The notes under the pieces were generated by a model that made no database searches, was not told where the DNA came from, and saw only the letters and a list, made by a program, of their open reading frames with translations. Shown here in pieces: positions 1-10,100 of a DNA stretch of 64,000 bases. The DNA is from Nitrospinaceae bacterium. Its GTDB lineage: Bacteria; Nitrospinota; Nitrospinia; Nitrospinales; Nitrospinaceae. Position 1 is the first letter of the stretch, and each line of letters begins with the position of its first letter. The DNA lies in assembly GCA_965223665.1 (NCBI GenBank), contig OZ245011.1:2560001-2624000 (forward strand). The letters run 5' to 3'. A program made the translations under genes and the position numbers.

Positions 1-1655
1 GTCGTATTCGTTGTCGTGATATCCGCAGGCGCTGTCACAGTCGGCGGAGTCGTGTCCGTCACCGTTACGTTCTGTGTATCCGTTCCTGTATTACCTGAAC
101 TGTCCGTTGCACTCCAGGTCACCACCGTCAATCCGACCGGGAATCCTGCTGGAGGTGCATCATTCGTCGGGACCAACGGCCCATCCACATCGTCATTCGC
201 CGTACCCGTGCCCAACGCCACTGTCGTCGTCGGGCCTGTCGCTTCCGTCGTCACATCTGCAGGCGCCGTCACTACCGGCGGCGTCGTGTCTTCTGTGATC
301 GTTACGTTCTGCGTATCCGTTCCCGTATTGCCCGCAGTATCCGTCGCACTCCACGTCACGACGGTCGTGCCCACCGGGAACGTGCCCGGGGAATCATTCG
401 TCGGTGTGATCGAACCGTCCACCAGGTCTGTCGCGGTTCCTGTACCTAACGCGGGAGTCGTATTCGTTGTCGTGATATCCGCAGGCGCTGTCACTGTCGG
501 CGGAGTCGTGTCCGTCACCGTTACGTTCTGTGTATCCGTTCCTGTATTGCCTGAACTGTCCGTTGCACTCCAGGTCACCACCGTCAATCCGACCGGGAAT
601 CCTGCTGGAGGTGCATCATTCGTCGGGACCAACGGTCCATCCACATCGTCATTCGCCGTACCCGTGCCCAACGCCACTGTCGTCGTCGGGCCTGTCGCTT
701 CCGTCGTCACATCTGCAGGCGCTGTCACTACGGGAGGCGTCGTGTCTTCTGTGATCGTTACGTTCTGCGTATCCGTTCCCGTATTGCCCGCAGTATCCGT
801 CGCACTCCACGTCACGACAGTTGTGCCCACCGGAAACGTGCCCGGGGAATCATTCGTCGGTGTGATCGAACCATCGACTAAATCATTGGCCGTGCCGGTC
901 CCTAAGTTTGGAGTCGTATCCGTCGTCGTGATATCCGCAGGCGCTGTCACAGTCGGCGGAGTCGTGTCCGTCACCGTTACGTTCTGTGTATCCGTTCCCG
1001 TATTACCTGAACTGTCCGTTGCACTCCAGGTCACCACCGTCAATCCGACCGGGAATCCTGCTGGAGGTGCATCATTCGTCGGGACCAACGGCCCATCCAC
1101 ATCGTCATTCGCCGTACCCGTGCCCAACGCCACTGTCGTCGTCGGGCCTGTCGCTTCCGTCGTCACATCTGCAGGCGCTGTCACTACGGGAGGCGTCGTG
1201 TCTTCTGTGATCGTTACGTTCTGCGTATCCGTTCCCGTATTGCCCGCAGTATCCGTCGCACTCCACGTCACGACGGTCGTGCCCACCGGGAACGTGCCCG
1301 GGGAATCATTCGTCGGTGTGATCGAACCGTCCACCAGGTCTGTCGCGGTTCCTGTACCTAACGCGGGAGTCGTATTCGTTGTCGTGATATCCGCAGGCGC
1401 TGTCACTGTCGGCGGAGTCGTGTCCGTCACCGTTACGTTCTGTGTATCCGTTCCTGTATTACCTGAACTGTCCGTTGCACTCCAGGTCACCACCGTCAAT
1501 CCGACCGGGAATCCTGCTGGAGGTGCATCATTCGTCGGGACCAACGGTCCATCCACATCGTCATTCGCCGTACCCGTGCCCAACGCCACTGTCGTCGTCG
1601 GGCCTGTCGCTTCCGTCGTCACATCTGCAGGCGCCGTCACTACCGGCGGGGTCGT
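1..1655. repeat. Intragenic 456-bp tandem repeat (152 aa, two HYR-like units), at least 3.6 copies
   Basis: Near-identical shadow ORFs start at 74, 530, 986 and 1442 (period 456); the array is more GC-rich than its flanks. Confidence 0.95.
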
Positions 1656-4600
1656 GTCGCCTGAACTGGTAATATCATAGGTAACGGTAAGTTTTGGTCT
1701 TCCCGTTGTAGCTTCACTTGAGTCGAAACCGATTCCATTGTTAGTACCTGCGCTTCTTACCACAATCCCATTATTGGGAATGGTACCGTCTATCCAACCT
1801 TGGACCAAATTGACACCATCAACTCCTAAACTAAATTCTTGCTCATTAAATAAGAAAGGACCGATAGTACCCAAAACCGTAGTTCCCATTGAACCGGTGC
1901 CTCCAAAATTACCCCAAGTCACCGTGTCTTCAGTCCATGTTGAGTTCGCTTGAAGAAAATCGTGATTTCCTGAAGAATCATTAAAGAAATCTAATGTAAT
2001 ACTTACAGCGGTTACGGTAGCATTAGAAGGTATAGATGTAACATCCCATGAGATTACAGAGACAACCTCACCGAATAATCCATTTACAGGGTCAGGCGCT
2101 ACTCCATCCGCCCACAATTCCGATGTATTGTCATTTACATCAGGAGAAGTTTCTCTAAGCAAAGCGTCTTGCGTGCCTAAATAAAGAATATCCGGTTCAA
2201 CCTCATTTTGGAAACTTGTCGTATTGCTACCTTCTACAGTGGGTACTTGAACAATAACTTGTTGCGTTGCTGTTCCTGCATTTGCAGCTGCATCGAGTGC
2301 TGTCCAGGTAACAATTGTGGTGCCTAAAGGATACCCCCCCGCAGGAGCATCGTTGGTCAATGAAACCACTCCAATATTATCTGTTGCAGTAGCAGTACCA
2401 ATGTTAACAGGGGTTAAACTACCCGTGGAAACAGCTGTCACATCGGGAGGTGGTGTCACTACTGGGGGTTCAGTATCTCCAGTGACCGGAGTCGTATAGG
2501 TTACAGTTAATTTTGGTTTTCCCGTTGCCGCTTCACTGGAATTAATAAAAATTCCGTCGTTATTATTATTTACTTGTTTGACTACAATACCATTATTATT
2601 AATGGAACCATCTATCCAACCTTGTAATAGATTGAGACCATCCGCATTGAGGGTAATAACATTTTCTCCAAAAATTCCTGGACTGATTGTTCCAATGGCT
2701 GTTGTCCCAACATTGGTTGAAGATCCACCTAAAATATTCCACGTCACAGTGGCCTCATTCCAAGAAGTCAATACTTCGAATAAATCATAATTGCCTCCAC
2801 TTACATTGGTCAGTTCTAAAGAAATACTGGCAGAGTCAACTGTCGCATCAATAGGAATAGAGGAAATATCCCAAGAAATTACCGAAATCACTTCGCCGAA
2901 TGTTCCATTTGTTGGGTCAGGTTGTACTAAATCTGCACTTAGGGAGGTTTCATCTCCTCGAGGTGTATCCGGAGAAGATTGACGAAGTAAAGAATCCTGG
3001 GTTCCAGCATAACTCGAATCCGGTTCAACCCCATCTTGGAAACTTACAGTAGTGGGTCCACCCGATCCAGCTGCTTGTACGGCGATAACTTGAGTATCCG
3101 TTCCAATATTTCCAGCGGCATCGTCTGCCGTCCAGGTAACAATCGTCGTTCCCTGGGGAAATCCATCCTCAGGTGCATCATTGGTCAAAGAAGTCACTCC
3201 AACGGCATCAGTGGCTGTAGCGGTACCAATATCAACCGGTGTTAACGGACCCGTTTCCGTAACTGTAATGTCTGCCGGAGCAGTTACTACCGGAGCCGTT
3301 GTATCTTCAATAGTTACATTTTGTGTATCCGTATTTATGTTTCCTGAAGTGTCTGTAACAGTCCAGGTAACTAGAGTGAGGCCTACCGGAAAACCACCTG
3401 CAGGTGCATCATTAGTGACTGAAGCAACCCCAACGTTATCTGATGTCGTTGGTGTCCCTAAAGAAACCGGAGTAGCGGGAGCCGTCGCTTCCATTGTGAT
3501 ATCTGCCGGTGCAGTGATGGTAGGTAATACATCATCTACTACTGTTATCGTTTGAGTATCAGTACCAATATTCCCCGCCGCATCCATGGCCGTCCAGGTT
3601 ACGATGGTTGCCCCTGCTGGGAACCCACCTGGAGGTGCATTATTTGTAAGTGATGTCACTCCTACATTGTCCGTTGCTGTGGCTGTGCCAATATCAACAG
3701 GTGTTAAGGGACCCGTAGCAGGAGTTGTAATATCTGCCGGAGCTGTCACAACAGGTGGTTCTGTATCTGTTCCTGCGGGAATAGTATAAGAAATTGCAAT
3801 TTTAGGACGACTTGTTGCTGTTGCCGCTTCACTGGAATGCACGCCCATTCCGTTATTACTACCCGAGGTTTGAATTAAAAATCCATTATTGGGAATTGTT
3901 CCATCGATCCACCCCTGAACTAAATCAATTCCGGCTTGATTTAAGGACACAATGTTCTCATTAAACGTAAGAGGAGGAATTGATCCAAATATCGTACTCC
4001 CCACTGTAGTATTATGACTGATTATACTCCAGGAAACTTCATCCTCTGTCCAACCCGCTTCTACTTCCACTATGTCATGGGCCACCGGTGAATCATTAAA
4101 AACATTAAATGAAACATCTACTGAACTGACCACGGCATTAGGTGGTATAGCCGAAAGATCCCATTTTGTAACAAAAGTTAATTCTCCAAATAATCCTGTA
4201 TCCGGGTCCTGTGATACCCCATCTCCCCAAAGTTCGGTATCGTCTCCTAAATTTTTATGTCGCGAAGTTTCAGTTAAAGTTGAATCCTCTGTCCCAAAAT
4301 AAAAGGCACTTGGCTCCACCCCATCCTGGAAACTAATGGTGTTTGGGCTGGTAGCAGTGGGAACTCTTACTGTTACATTTTGCGAATCGGTTCCCGTATT
4401 ACCTGCCGCGTCCGTTGCGGTCCAAATTACTATAGTGGTTCCCAAAGGAAACCCACCTGCCGGTGCGTCATTGGTTATGGAAGCTACACCAATATCATCC
4501 ACTGCAGCAGCGGTTCCTAGAGACACAGAAGTTTGGTCCCCAGTAGAATCCACCACTACATCCGGTGGAGCAATGATTGATGGAGAAATACTGTCTGCAC

Positions 4601-6866
4601 CGGTTGGCAACGTATAAGTCACAGACAACCGCGGACGGGTGTCCGTTTGCCTGGAAAAAAACCGAATGGCGTTCCACCAGTCAGGATGCTCGCCTGGACC
4701 AGCATTCTGCACCGCCAATCCATTATTGGTAATGCTGCCATCCACCCAACCCTGAATTACACTAATTCCTGCAGCATTCAATGGAATTGTGTTCAATGCA
4801 AACTTCTGGGGTGTGATGGTTCCCATGATCGTGGAACTTACATTGGTGGTTCCGCCTAATGAATTCCAGGTCGCTCCTGTTTCTGTCCATGAAGTCAGTA
4901 TTTCATGCAGATGATAGGAAGTTTCACTACGGTTAAATAAATCAAAATACACGGTGGCCGATTGAATCGTTGCATTCGATGGAATCGATGATAAATCCCA
5001 GGACACCAACACCAGAGCATCACCTTCTATCGTATTTTCGAATCGCCCATGTGCGATCAATTCAGCTTTGGTTCCGTAATTCGTATCCGGTGCCCCTTCA
5101 AAAATATAAGTATCCCGGGTTCCATTGTATCCGGAGTGGGGGTACGTCCCATCCTGAAAGTGTGCTGAGTAAACAGGTGGATCTACAAAACTCGGAGTAA
5201 AACTGAACTGGCTCCCAGGGGCTGGAATCGCCGTATTGGATTCGTGATCCTGAACGTTGGTCACTGTAAGGTTGTACGTCGTTGTGTTACTCAATTCTGA
5301 AGTCAGTAACCTCACGGTTCGATAATCATCCAACAGTTCTGCAGCCGTAATGGTAGCTCCGTTATCTAATACATAGTTAGCAGAATTCTCGGCACTTACT
5401 TTTTCCAAAGGCTCCGAAAACTGTACTTCTAATGTCAACGGATTCGGCGCATAGACAGAAAACATCTCCGGAGGAAACGTATTCAAATCATGAGTAATCG
5501 TAAACTGGTCTTCGATTTTACCCAGGGAATCAATAAAGATCGCTTCCAGACGATTCTCATACACATCCAATACCATGGAACCTAATTTGTTTAATGGAAT
5601 ATACATTGCCGGATGACGGATCAATACCGAAGACAATTGCCCCGAACTTCCGGCCACGGCATAAACAGCGCCGTCATCCCCTACTTTCGTACCATCCGGA
5701 TTTAAGGCTTTGGTATAGGCCCCATCCGCCATATGCAGCGGTTCGGATTTACCATTCCCACTGTCTAAGGCATGAGTGCCCAGATTAAAAGTCGTCTGAT
5801 CCCCATAATGTCCATTCAGAAAATAAGACCGCTCATAAGAATGACTGTGACCCGACAACACTAAATCCACTCCATTGCTTTCCAGAATAGGAACAATGTT
5901 CTCACGCATTTCAATTAATATTTGCTCTAAATTGGAGTTATGAGAACCTCTTGAATAAGGAGGATGGTGCCAATACGCAATGATCCATTCCTTATCATTG
6001 GCCGCTAAATCACTCTGCAACCAGGTGATCATTGAGGAAGGTGCAACTCGGGGATGACCAAACGAATCCAAGACAATAAAGTGAATATTGCCGTAATCAA
6101 ACGAATAATACGCCTCAGTTCCCGAGGCCACTCCACCGGCTTCTGCCGCTCGTGGTAACTGCCAGATATCAAAATAGGTCCCGGTTTCACTTCCCGAAGT
6201 GGCACTGCCAGCATCATGATTCCCAAACGTTGGCCACACTGATACATTCCTTAAAAATTCCGGATACATCAGGAAAACGCCATCGTGGTGGTCGCGATCG
6301 TCACCATCTTCATAGGCATTGTCTCCCAGCATCAACCAGATATCCGGATCACGGTCTTTTGTATAATTCTTAAATCGTTCACCCACCACTAAGGCACGGA
6401 TGTCCCCAGTCCCGGAATCTCCTACCGCCCAAATCCGAATCGGCTTTGCTGTCCCAGGGGTTGGGGGAGTTTTAAAGCTTCCATTGAGTTTGGTTTCTGT
6501 GGAAGGTGTGGTCGATGTTCCGACTGCATAATAGTAACGGGTATCGGCCGTCAAACTGAGAGTCACTTCATATTCTCGCCAGTCCTCAGGACAATAACTA
6601 CAAGACTTGGTCACTGCTGTCGCATCGGTTACTACGGTGGTTAAACTTCCCGGAGACGTCCCAAAATGAATGCTGTCATTGAAATCCTCGGAAGCGGGAA
6701 CGCGCCACTTCACAATTACGCTATTGGGGGTAAGAGTTTGGAGGAAAGGACCCCAATCATTTATATCCGCAAAAGCTGTTTTCCCAAAAAACAAAAAACA
6801 TAGAGTTATTGCAAAAAACCATTTATGGTTTTTTGTAGTAACAAAACCGGCCATTTTCCCCTCCAA
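1..6866 (-). CDS. Giant secreted metallophosphoesterase (purple acid phosphatase-like) with DNRLRE/CBM96-like and HYR-like repeats; paralog 1, 3' end beyond window (>2280 aa)
   Basis: Absent from the ORF track because no stop lies in the window. 5' ~1.8 kb matches 7156..12942 at offset 6076. Start is TTG 6866 or ATG 6854 (GGAGG upstream). The same frame at the window edge reads VTAPADITTTNT (HYR-like). About four DNRLRE-like domains precede a long HYR array. Confidence 0.85.
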   Translation of the reverse strand, partial: MEGKMAGFVTTKNHKWFFAITLCFLFFGKTAFADINDWGPFLQTLTPNSVIVKWRVPASEDFNDSIHFGTSPGSLTTVVTDATAVTKSCSYCPEDWREYEVTLSLTADTRYYYAVGTSTTPSTETKLNGSFKTPPTPGTAKPIRIWAVGDSGTGDIRALVVGERFKNYTKDRDPDIWLMLGDNAYEDGDDRDHHDGVFLMYPEFLRNVSVWPTFGNHDAGSATSGSETGTYFDIWQLPRAAEAGGVASGTEAYYSFDYGNIHFIVLDSFGHPRVAPSSMITWLQSDLAANDKEWIIAYWHHPPYSRGSHNSNLEQILIEMRENIVPILESNGVDLVLSGHSHSYERSYFLNGHYGDQTTFNLGTHALDSGNGKSEPLHMADGAYTKALNPDGTKVGDDGAVYAVAGSSGQLSSVLIRHPAMYIPLNKLGSMVLDVYENRLEAIFIDSLGKIEDQFTITHDLNTFPPEMFSVYAPNPLTLEVQFSEPLEKVSAENSANYVLDNGATITAAELLDDYRTVRLLTSELSNTTTYNLTVTNVQDHESNTAIPAPGSQFSFTPSFVDPPVYSAHFQDGTYPHSGYNGTRDTYIFEGAPDTNYGTKAELIAHGRFENTIEGDALVLVSWDLSSIPSNATIQSATVYFDLFNRSETSYHLHEILTSWTETGATWNSLGGTTNVSSTIMGTITPQKFALNTIPLNAAGISVIQGWVDGSITNNGLAVQNAGPGEHPDWWNAIRFFSRQTDTRPRLSVTYTLPTGADSISPSIIAPPDVVVDSTGDQTSVSLGTAAAVDDIGVASITNDAPAGGFPLGTTIVIWTATDAAGNTGTDSQNVTVRVPTATSPNTISFQDGVEPSAFYFGTEDSTLTETSRHKNLGDDTELWGDGVSQDPDTGLFGELTFVTKWDLSAIPPNAVVSSVDVSFNVFNDSPVAHDIVEVEAGWTEDEVSWSIISHNTTVGSTIFGSIPPLTFNENIVSLNQAGIDLVQGWIDGTIPNNGFLIQTSGSNNGMGVHSSEAATATSRPKIAISYTIPAGTDTEPPVVTAPADITTPATGPLTPVDIGTATATDNVGVTSLTNNAPPGGFPAGATIVTWTAMDAAGNIGTDTQTITVVDDVLPTITAPADITMEATAPATPVSLGTPTTSDNVGVASVTNDAPAGGFPVGLTLVTWTVTDTSGNINTDTQNVTIEDTTAPVVTAPADITVTETGPLTPVDIGTATATDAVGVTSLTNDAPEDGFPQGTTIVTWTADDAAGNIGTDTQVIAVQAAGSGGPTTVSFQDGVEPDSSYAGTQDSLLRQSSPDTPRGDETSLSADLVQPDPTNGTFGEVISVISWDISSIPIDATVDSASISLELTNVSGGNYDLFEVLTSWNEATVTWNILGGSSTNVGTTAIGTISPGIFGENVITLNADGLNLLQGWIDGSINNNGIVVKQVNNNNDGIFINSSEAATGKPKLTVTYTTPVTGDTEPPVVTPPPDVTAVSTGSLTPVNIGTATATDNIGVVSLTNDAPAGGYPLGTTIVTWTALDAAANAGTATQQVIVQVPTVEGSNTTSFQNEVEPDILYLGTQDALLRETSPDVNDNTSELWADGVAPDPVNGLFGEVVSVISWDVTSIPSNATVTAVSITLDFFNDSSGNHDFLQANSTWTEDTVTWGNFGGTGSMGTTVLGTIGPFLFNEQEFSLGVDGVNLVQGWIDGTIPNNGIVVRSAGTNNGIGFDSSEATTGRPKLTVTYDITSSGDTTPPVVTAPADVTTEATGPTTTVALGTGTANDDVDGPLVPTNDAPPAGFPVGLTVVTWSATDSSGNTGTDTQNVTVTDTTPPTVTAPADITTTNTTPALGTGTATDLVDGSITPTNDSPGTFPVGTTVVTWSATDTAGNTGTDTQNVTITEDTTPPVVTAPADVTTEATGPTTTVALGTGTANDDVDGPLVPTNDAPPAGFPVGLTVVTWSATDSSGNTGTDTQNVTVTDTTPPTVTAPADITTTDTTPNLGTGTANDLVDGSITPTNDSPGTFPVGTTVVTWSATDTAGNTGTDTQNVTITEDTTPPVVTAPADVTTEATGPTTTVALGTGTANDDVDGPLVPTNDAPPAGFPVGLTVVTWSATDSSGNTGTDTQNVTVTDTTPPTVTAPADITTTNTTPALGTGTATDLVDGSITPTNDSPGTFPVGTTVVTWSATDTAGNTGTDTQNVTITEDTTPPVVTAPADVTTEATGPTTTVALGTGTANDDVDGPLVPTNDAPPAGFPVGLTVVTWSATDSSGNTGTDTQNVTVTDTTPPTVTAPADITTTNT

Positions 6867-7029
6867 ATATACTTTCGCTCCTTAAAAGTATCTATAACCT
6901 TTTCAGGTAGTTAAATAGTAATGTGTGTGACCATACCTTATCAGGTTGGGTAGATATTGCAAAAATAAATTCGCCTGTTTGGCGGTTAAATTTAAAAGTT
7001 TCAATACCGTAACAAATCAGCAATATTTC
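5074..7029. repeat. Copy 1 of ~1956-bp direct duplication (copy 2 at 11150..13105)
   Basis: Ends mapped by eye: ccgtaattcgtatcc... to ...aatcagcaatatttc. Shadow ORFs are identical at offset 6076. Confidence 0.9.
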
Positions 7030-7155
7030 GGAAAGTTGATAAAAATATATTTTTTGATTGGATTAAATAAACTTTCGCTTGACGGAATGCAATTCCAGCA
7101 ATCAATTATGAGAAAGGACTAAATTTGCCACTTGTAGCAGCCAAAAACTAAATTT

Positions 7156-10100
7156 TTATGGCATCGTGTAATTGACAGTCAATTTAGGTCTACCAGTAAC
7201 CTCTTCACTAGAGTTCCATCCTATACCATCATTGGTTCCTGCACTACGAACCACAATTCCATTATTGGAAATCGATCCATCAATCCAACCCTGAACCAAA
7301 TTGGTTCCATCTATATTTAAAACAATTTCTTGCTCATTAAATAGGAAAGGATCGATAGTTCCCAGAACTATTGCACCAATGGAATCTGTTCCACCAAAAC
7401 TGTTCCAGGTAACAGAATCTTCTGACCAACTGGCGTTTGCTTGAAGAAAGTCATGAATGCCTGATGAACTATTGAAAAGATCTATAGTAATACTAACGGA
7501 TGTAACCACTGCATTTGTTGGAATTGGAGAAACATCCCAAGAAATAACTGATACCACCTCGCCAAATAAACCATTATTCGGATCCGGTGATACACCATCC
7601 GCCCATAATTCTAAATCATTGTCATTAATATCTGGAGAACTCTCTCTTAGTAGCGCATCTTGAGTTCCTAAATAAACAATACTCGGTGATACTTCATCCT
7701 GAAAACTTGTAGTATTACTTCCTGAAACGGTTGGAACCTGTATGGTTACTAATTGAATATCTGTACCGGTATTCCCCGAAGAGTCGGTAGCTGACCAGGT
7801 CACAACCGTTGTACCTACTGGGAACCCTCCGGCCGGGGCATCATTGGTCGGTACTAATGGACCATCCACATTATCGTTAGCGGTACCGGTACCTAAACTA
7901 ACCGGAGTCAGATCCCCTGTAGACACCGTCACAATATCCGCCGGTGCAGTTACTACTGGAGGAATCGTATCTCCTCCACCACTTGGTGTTGAGAAAGTAA
8001 TATTAAGTTTAGGTCTGTTAGTGGTTGCCTCACTGGAGTTAGCCCCGACGCCGTTGTTAGTGCCTGAAGTTTTAAGAACCAATCCGTTATTAGGAATACT
8101 GCCATCAATCCAACCCTGAACCAGACTGATTCCCTGCGCCGTTAAGTTGACCTCGGTTTCATCGAAGGAAAATCCAGGAATCGTGGCTATAATATCGGTG
8201 CCCACATTCGCAGACCCACCCCCAAAACTGTTCCAGGTTACCGTTCCCTCATTCCACGGGGTCAACGCCTGCAGGAAATTATACGGACCTGAACTCGCAT
8301 CAAAGAAATCCATCGTTATGCTCACCGATTGTACCGTCGCATTCGTTGGGATTCCCGACACATCCCAATTCACTACAGTCATCACTTCTCCAAACAAACC
8401 GTTACTCGGATCTGGAGCAACTGCATCAGACAACAGTTGCACATCCGTTCCCACATTTTGATCCGGAGAGGTCTGTCTTAAATAACTGTCCTGCACTCCC
8501 ACATAAGCCGGGTTCGGTTCCACTCCCTCCTGGAAACTCACCGCTTCCACTCCTCCAGATACCGGTATTTGTACCGTTACATTTTGCGTATCTGTACCCG
8601 TATTCCCTGAAGAGTCTGTAGCTGACCAGGTCACAACCGTTGTACCCACCGGGAATCCGCCTGCCGGGGCATCATTGGTCGGCACTAATGGACCATCCAC
8701 ATTATCGTTCGCGGTACCGGTACCTAAACTCACCGGAGTCAGATCTCCTGTAGACACCGTCACAATATCTGCCGGGGCTGTCACCACAGGGGGTTCCGTA
8801 TCACCACCGGTAGGTATCGAATAAGTGATCGTGATCTTAGGTCGATTCGTGGTCGCTTCACTCGAATTCGCTCCAACTCCATTATTGCTTCCACCGGTTT
8901 TCAGAACCAATCCATTATTGGCAATACTTCCATCAATCCAACCCTGAACTAAACTCAGACCCTCGGCCGTTAAATTCACCTCGGTTTCATTGAAGGAAAA
9001 TCCAGGAATCGTGGCTATAATATCGGTGCCCACATTCGCAGACCCACCCCCAAAACTGTTCCACGTTACGGTTCCCTCATTCCACGGGGTCAACGCCTGC
9101 AGGAAATTATACGGACCTGAACTCGCATCAAAGAAATCCATCGTTATGCTGGCGGAGGACACCACAGCCGTATTAGGAACTGAGGTTAAATCCCAGGACA
9201 CCACCGACATCACTTCCCCAAATAAACCGTTACTCGGATCCGGAGCAACCGCATCAGACAACAGTTGCACATCGGTTCCGAAATTTTGATCCGGAGACGT
9301 TTGTCTTAACAAACTATCCTGTGTTCCTGCATAGCCCGCATCCGGTAACACTCCTTCCTGGAAACTCACCGTTACCGGACCACCAGGGGCTTCCTGAACT
9401 GTGACCGATTGGGTGTCCGTTCCAGTATTCCCTGCTGCGTCCGTAGCGCTCCAGGTCACTATCGTGGTTCCCAGCGGAAACGTCCCAGGGGAATCGTTCG
9501 TGGGGGTAATAGCTCCGTCAACTAAATCATTGGCAGTTCCAGTCCCAATGTTCGGGGTCGTTTCAGTGGTCGTCAAATCAGACGGTGCCGTAACCGTTGG
9601 GGCTGTAGTATCTACAACCGTCACATCCTGAGTATCGGTTCCACTATTACCAGCCGCATCCATTGCGGTCCAGGTCACAGTCGTAGTACCCAGAGGAAAT
9701 TCTGCCGGGGCATCGTTAGTTAAAGAAGTAACACCTACATTATCTGTTGCGGTAGCTGTGCCAATATCCACTGGCGTTGTTGGACCGGTTGCTTCAAAGC
9801 CCACTATATCTGCAGGAGCCGTCACCACAGGAGGTTCCGTATCCGGACCCGTCAAAAGTGTGTAAGAAATAGTAATTTTAGGCCTGGTAGTTGCAGTGGT
9901 TGCCTCACTGGAATGCACGCCCATTCCATTATTACTTCCCGCAGTCTGGATATAAAAGCCACCATTTGGTATGGTGCCATCTACCCAGCCCTGCACAAGA
10001 TCAATACCTGCCTGATTTAAAGTGACAACATTCTCATTAAACGTAAGAGGAGGAATTGATCCAAATATCGTACTCCCCACCGTCGTGTTATGGCTGATAA

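Noticed and set aside
16-4617. Long + strand ORFs (16..1680, 3181..3555 and others)
   Set aside because: Antisense shadows of the minus-strand HYR-repeat gene.
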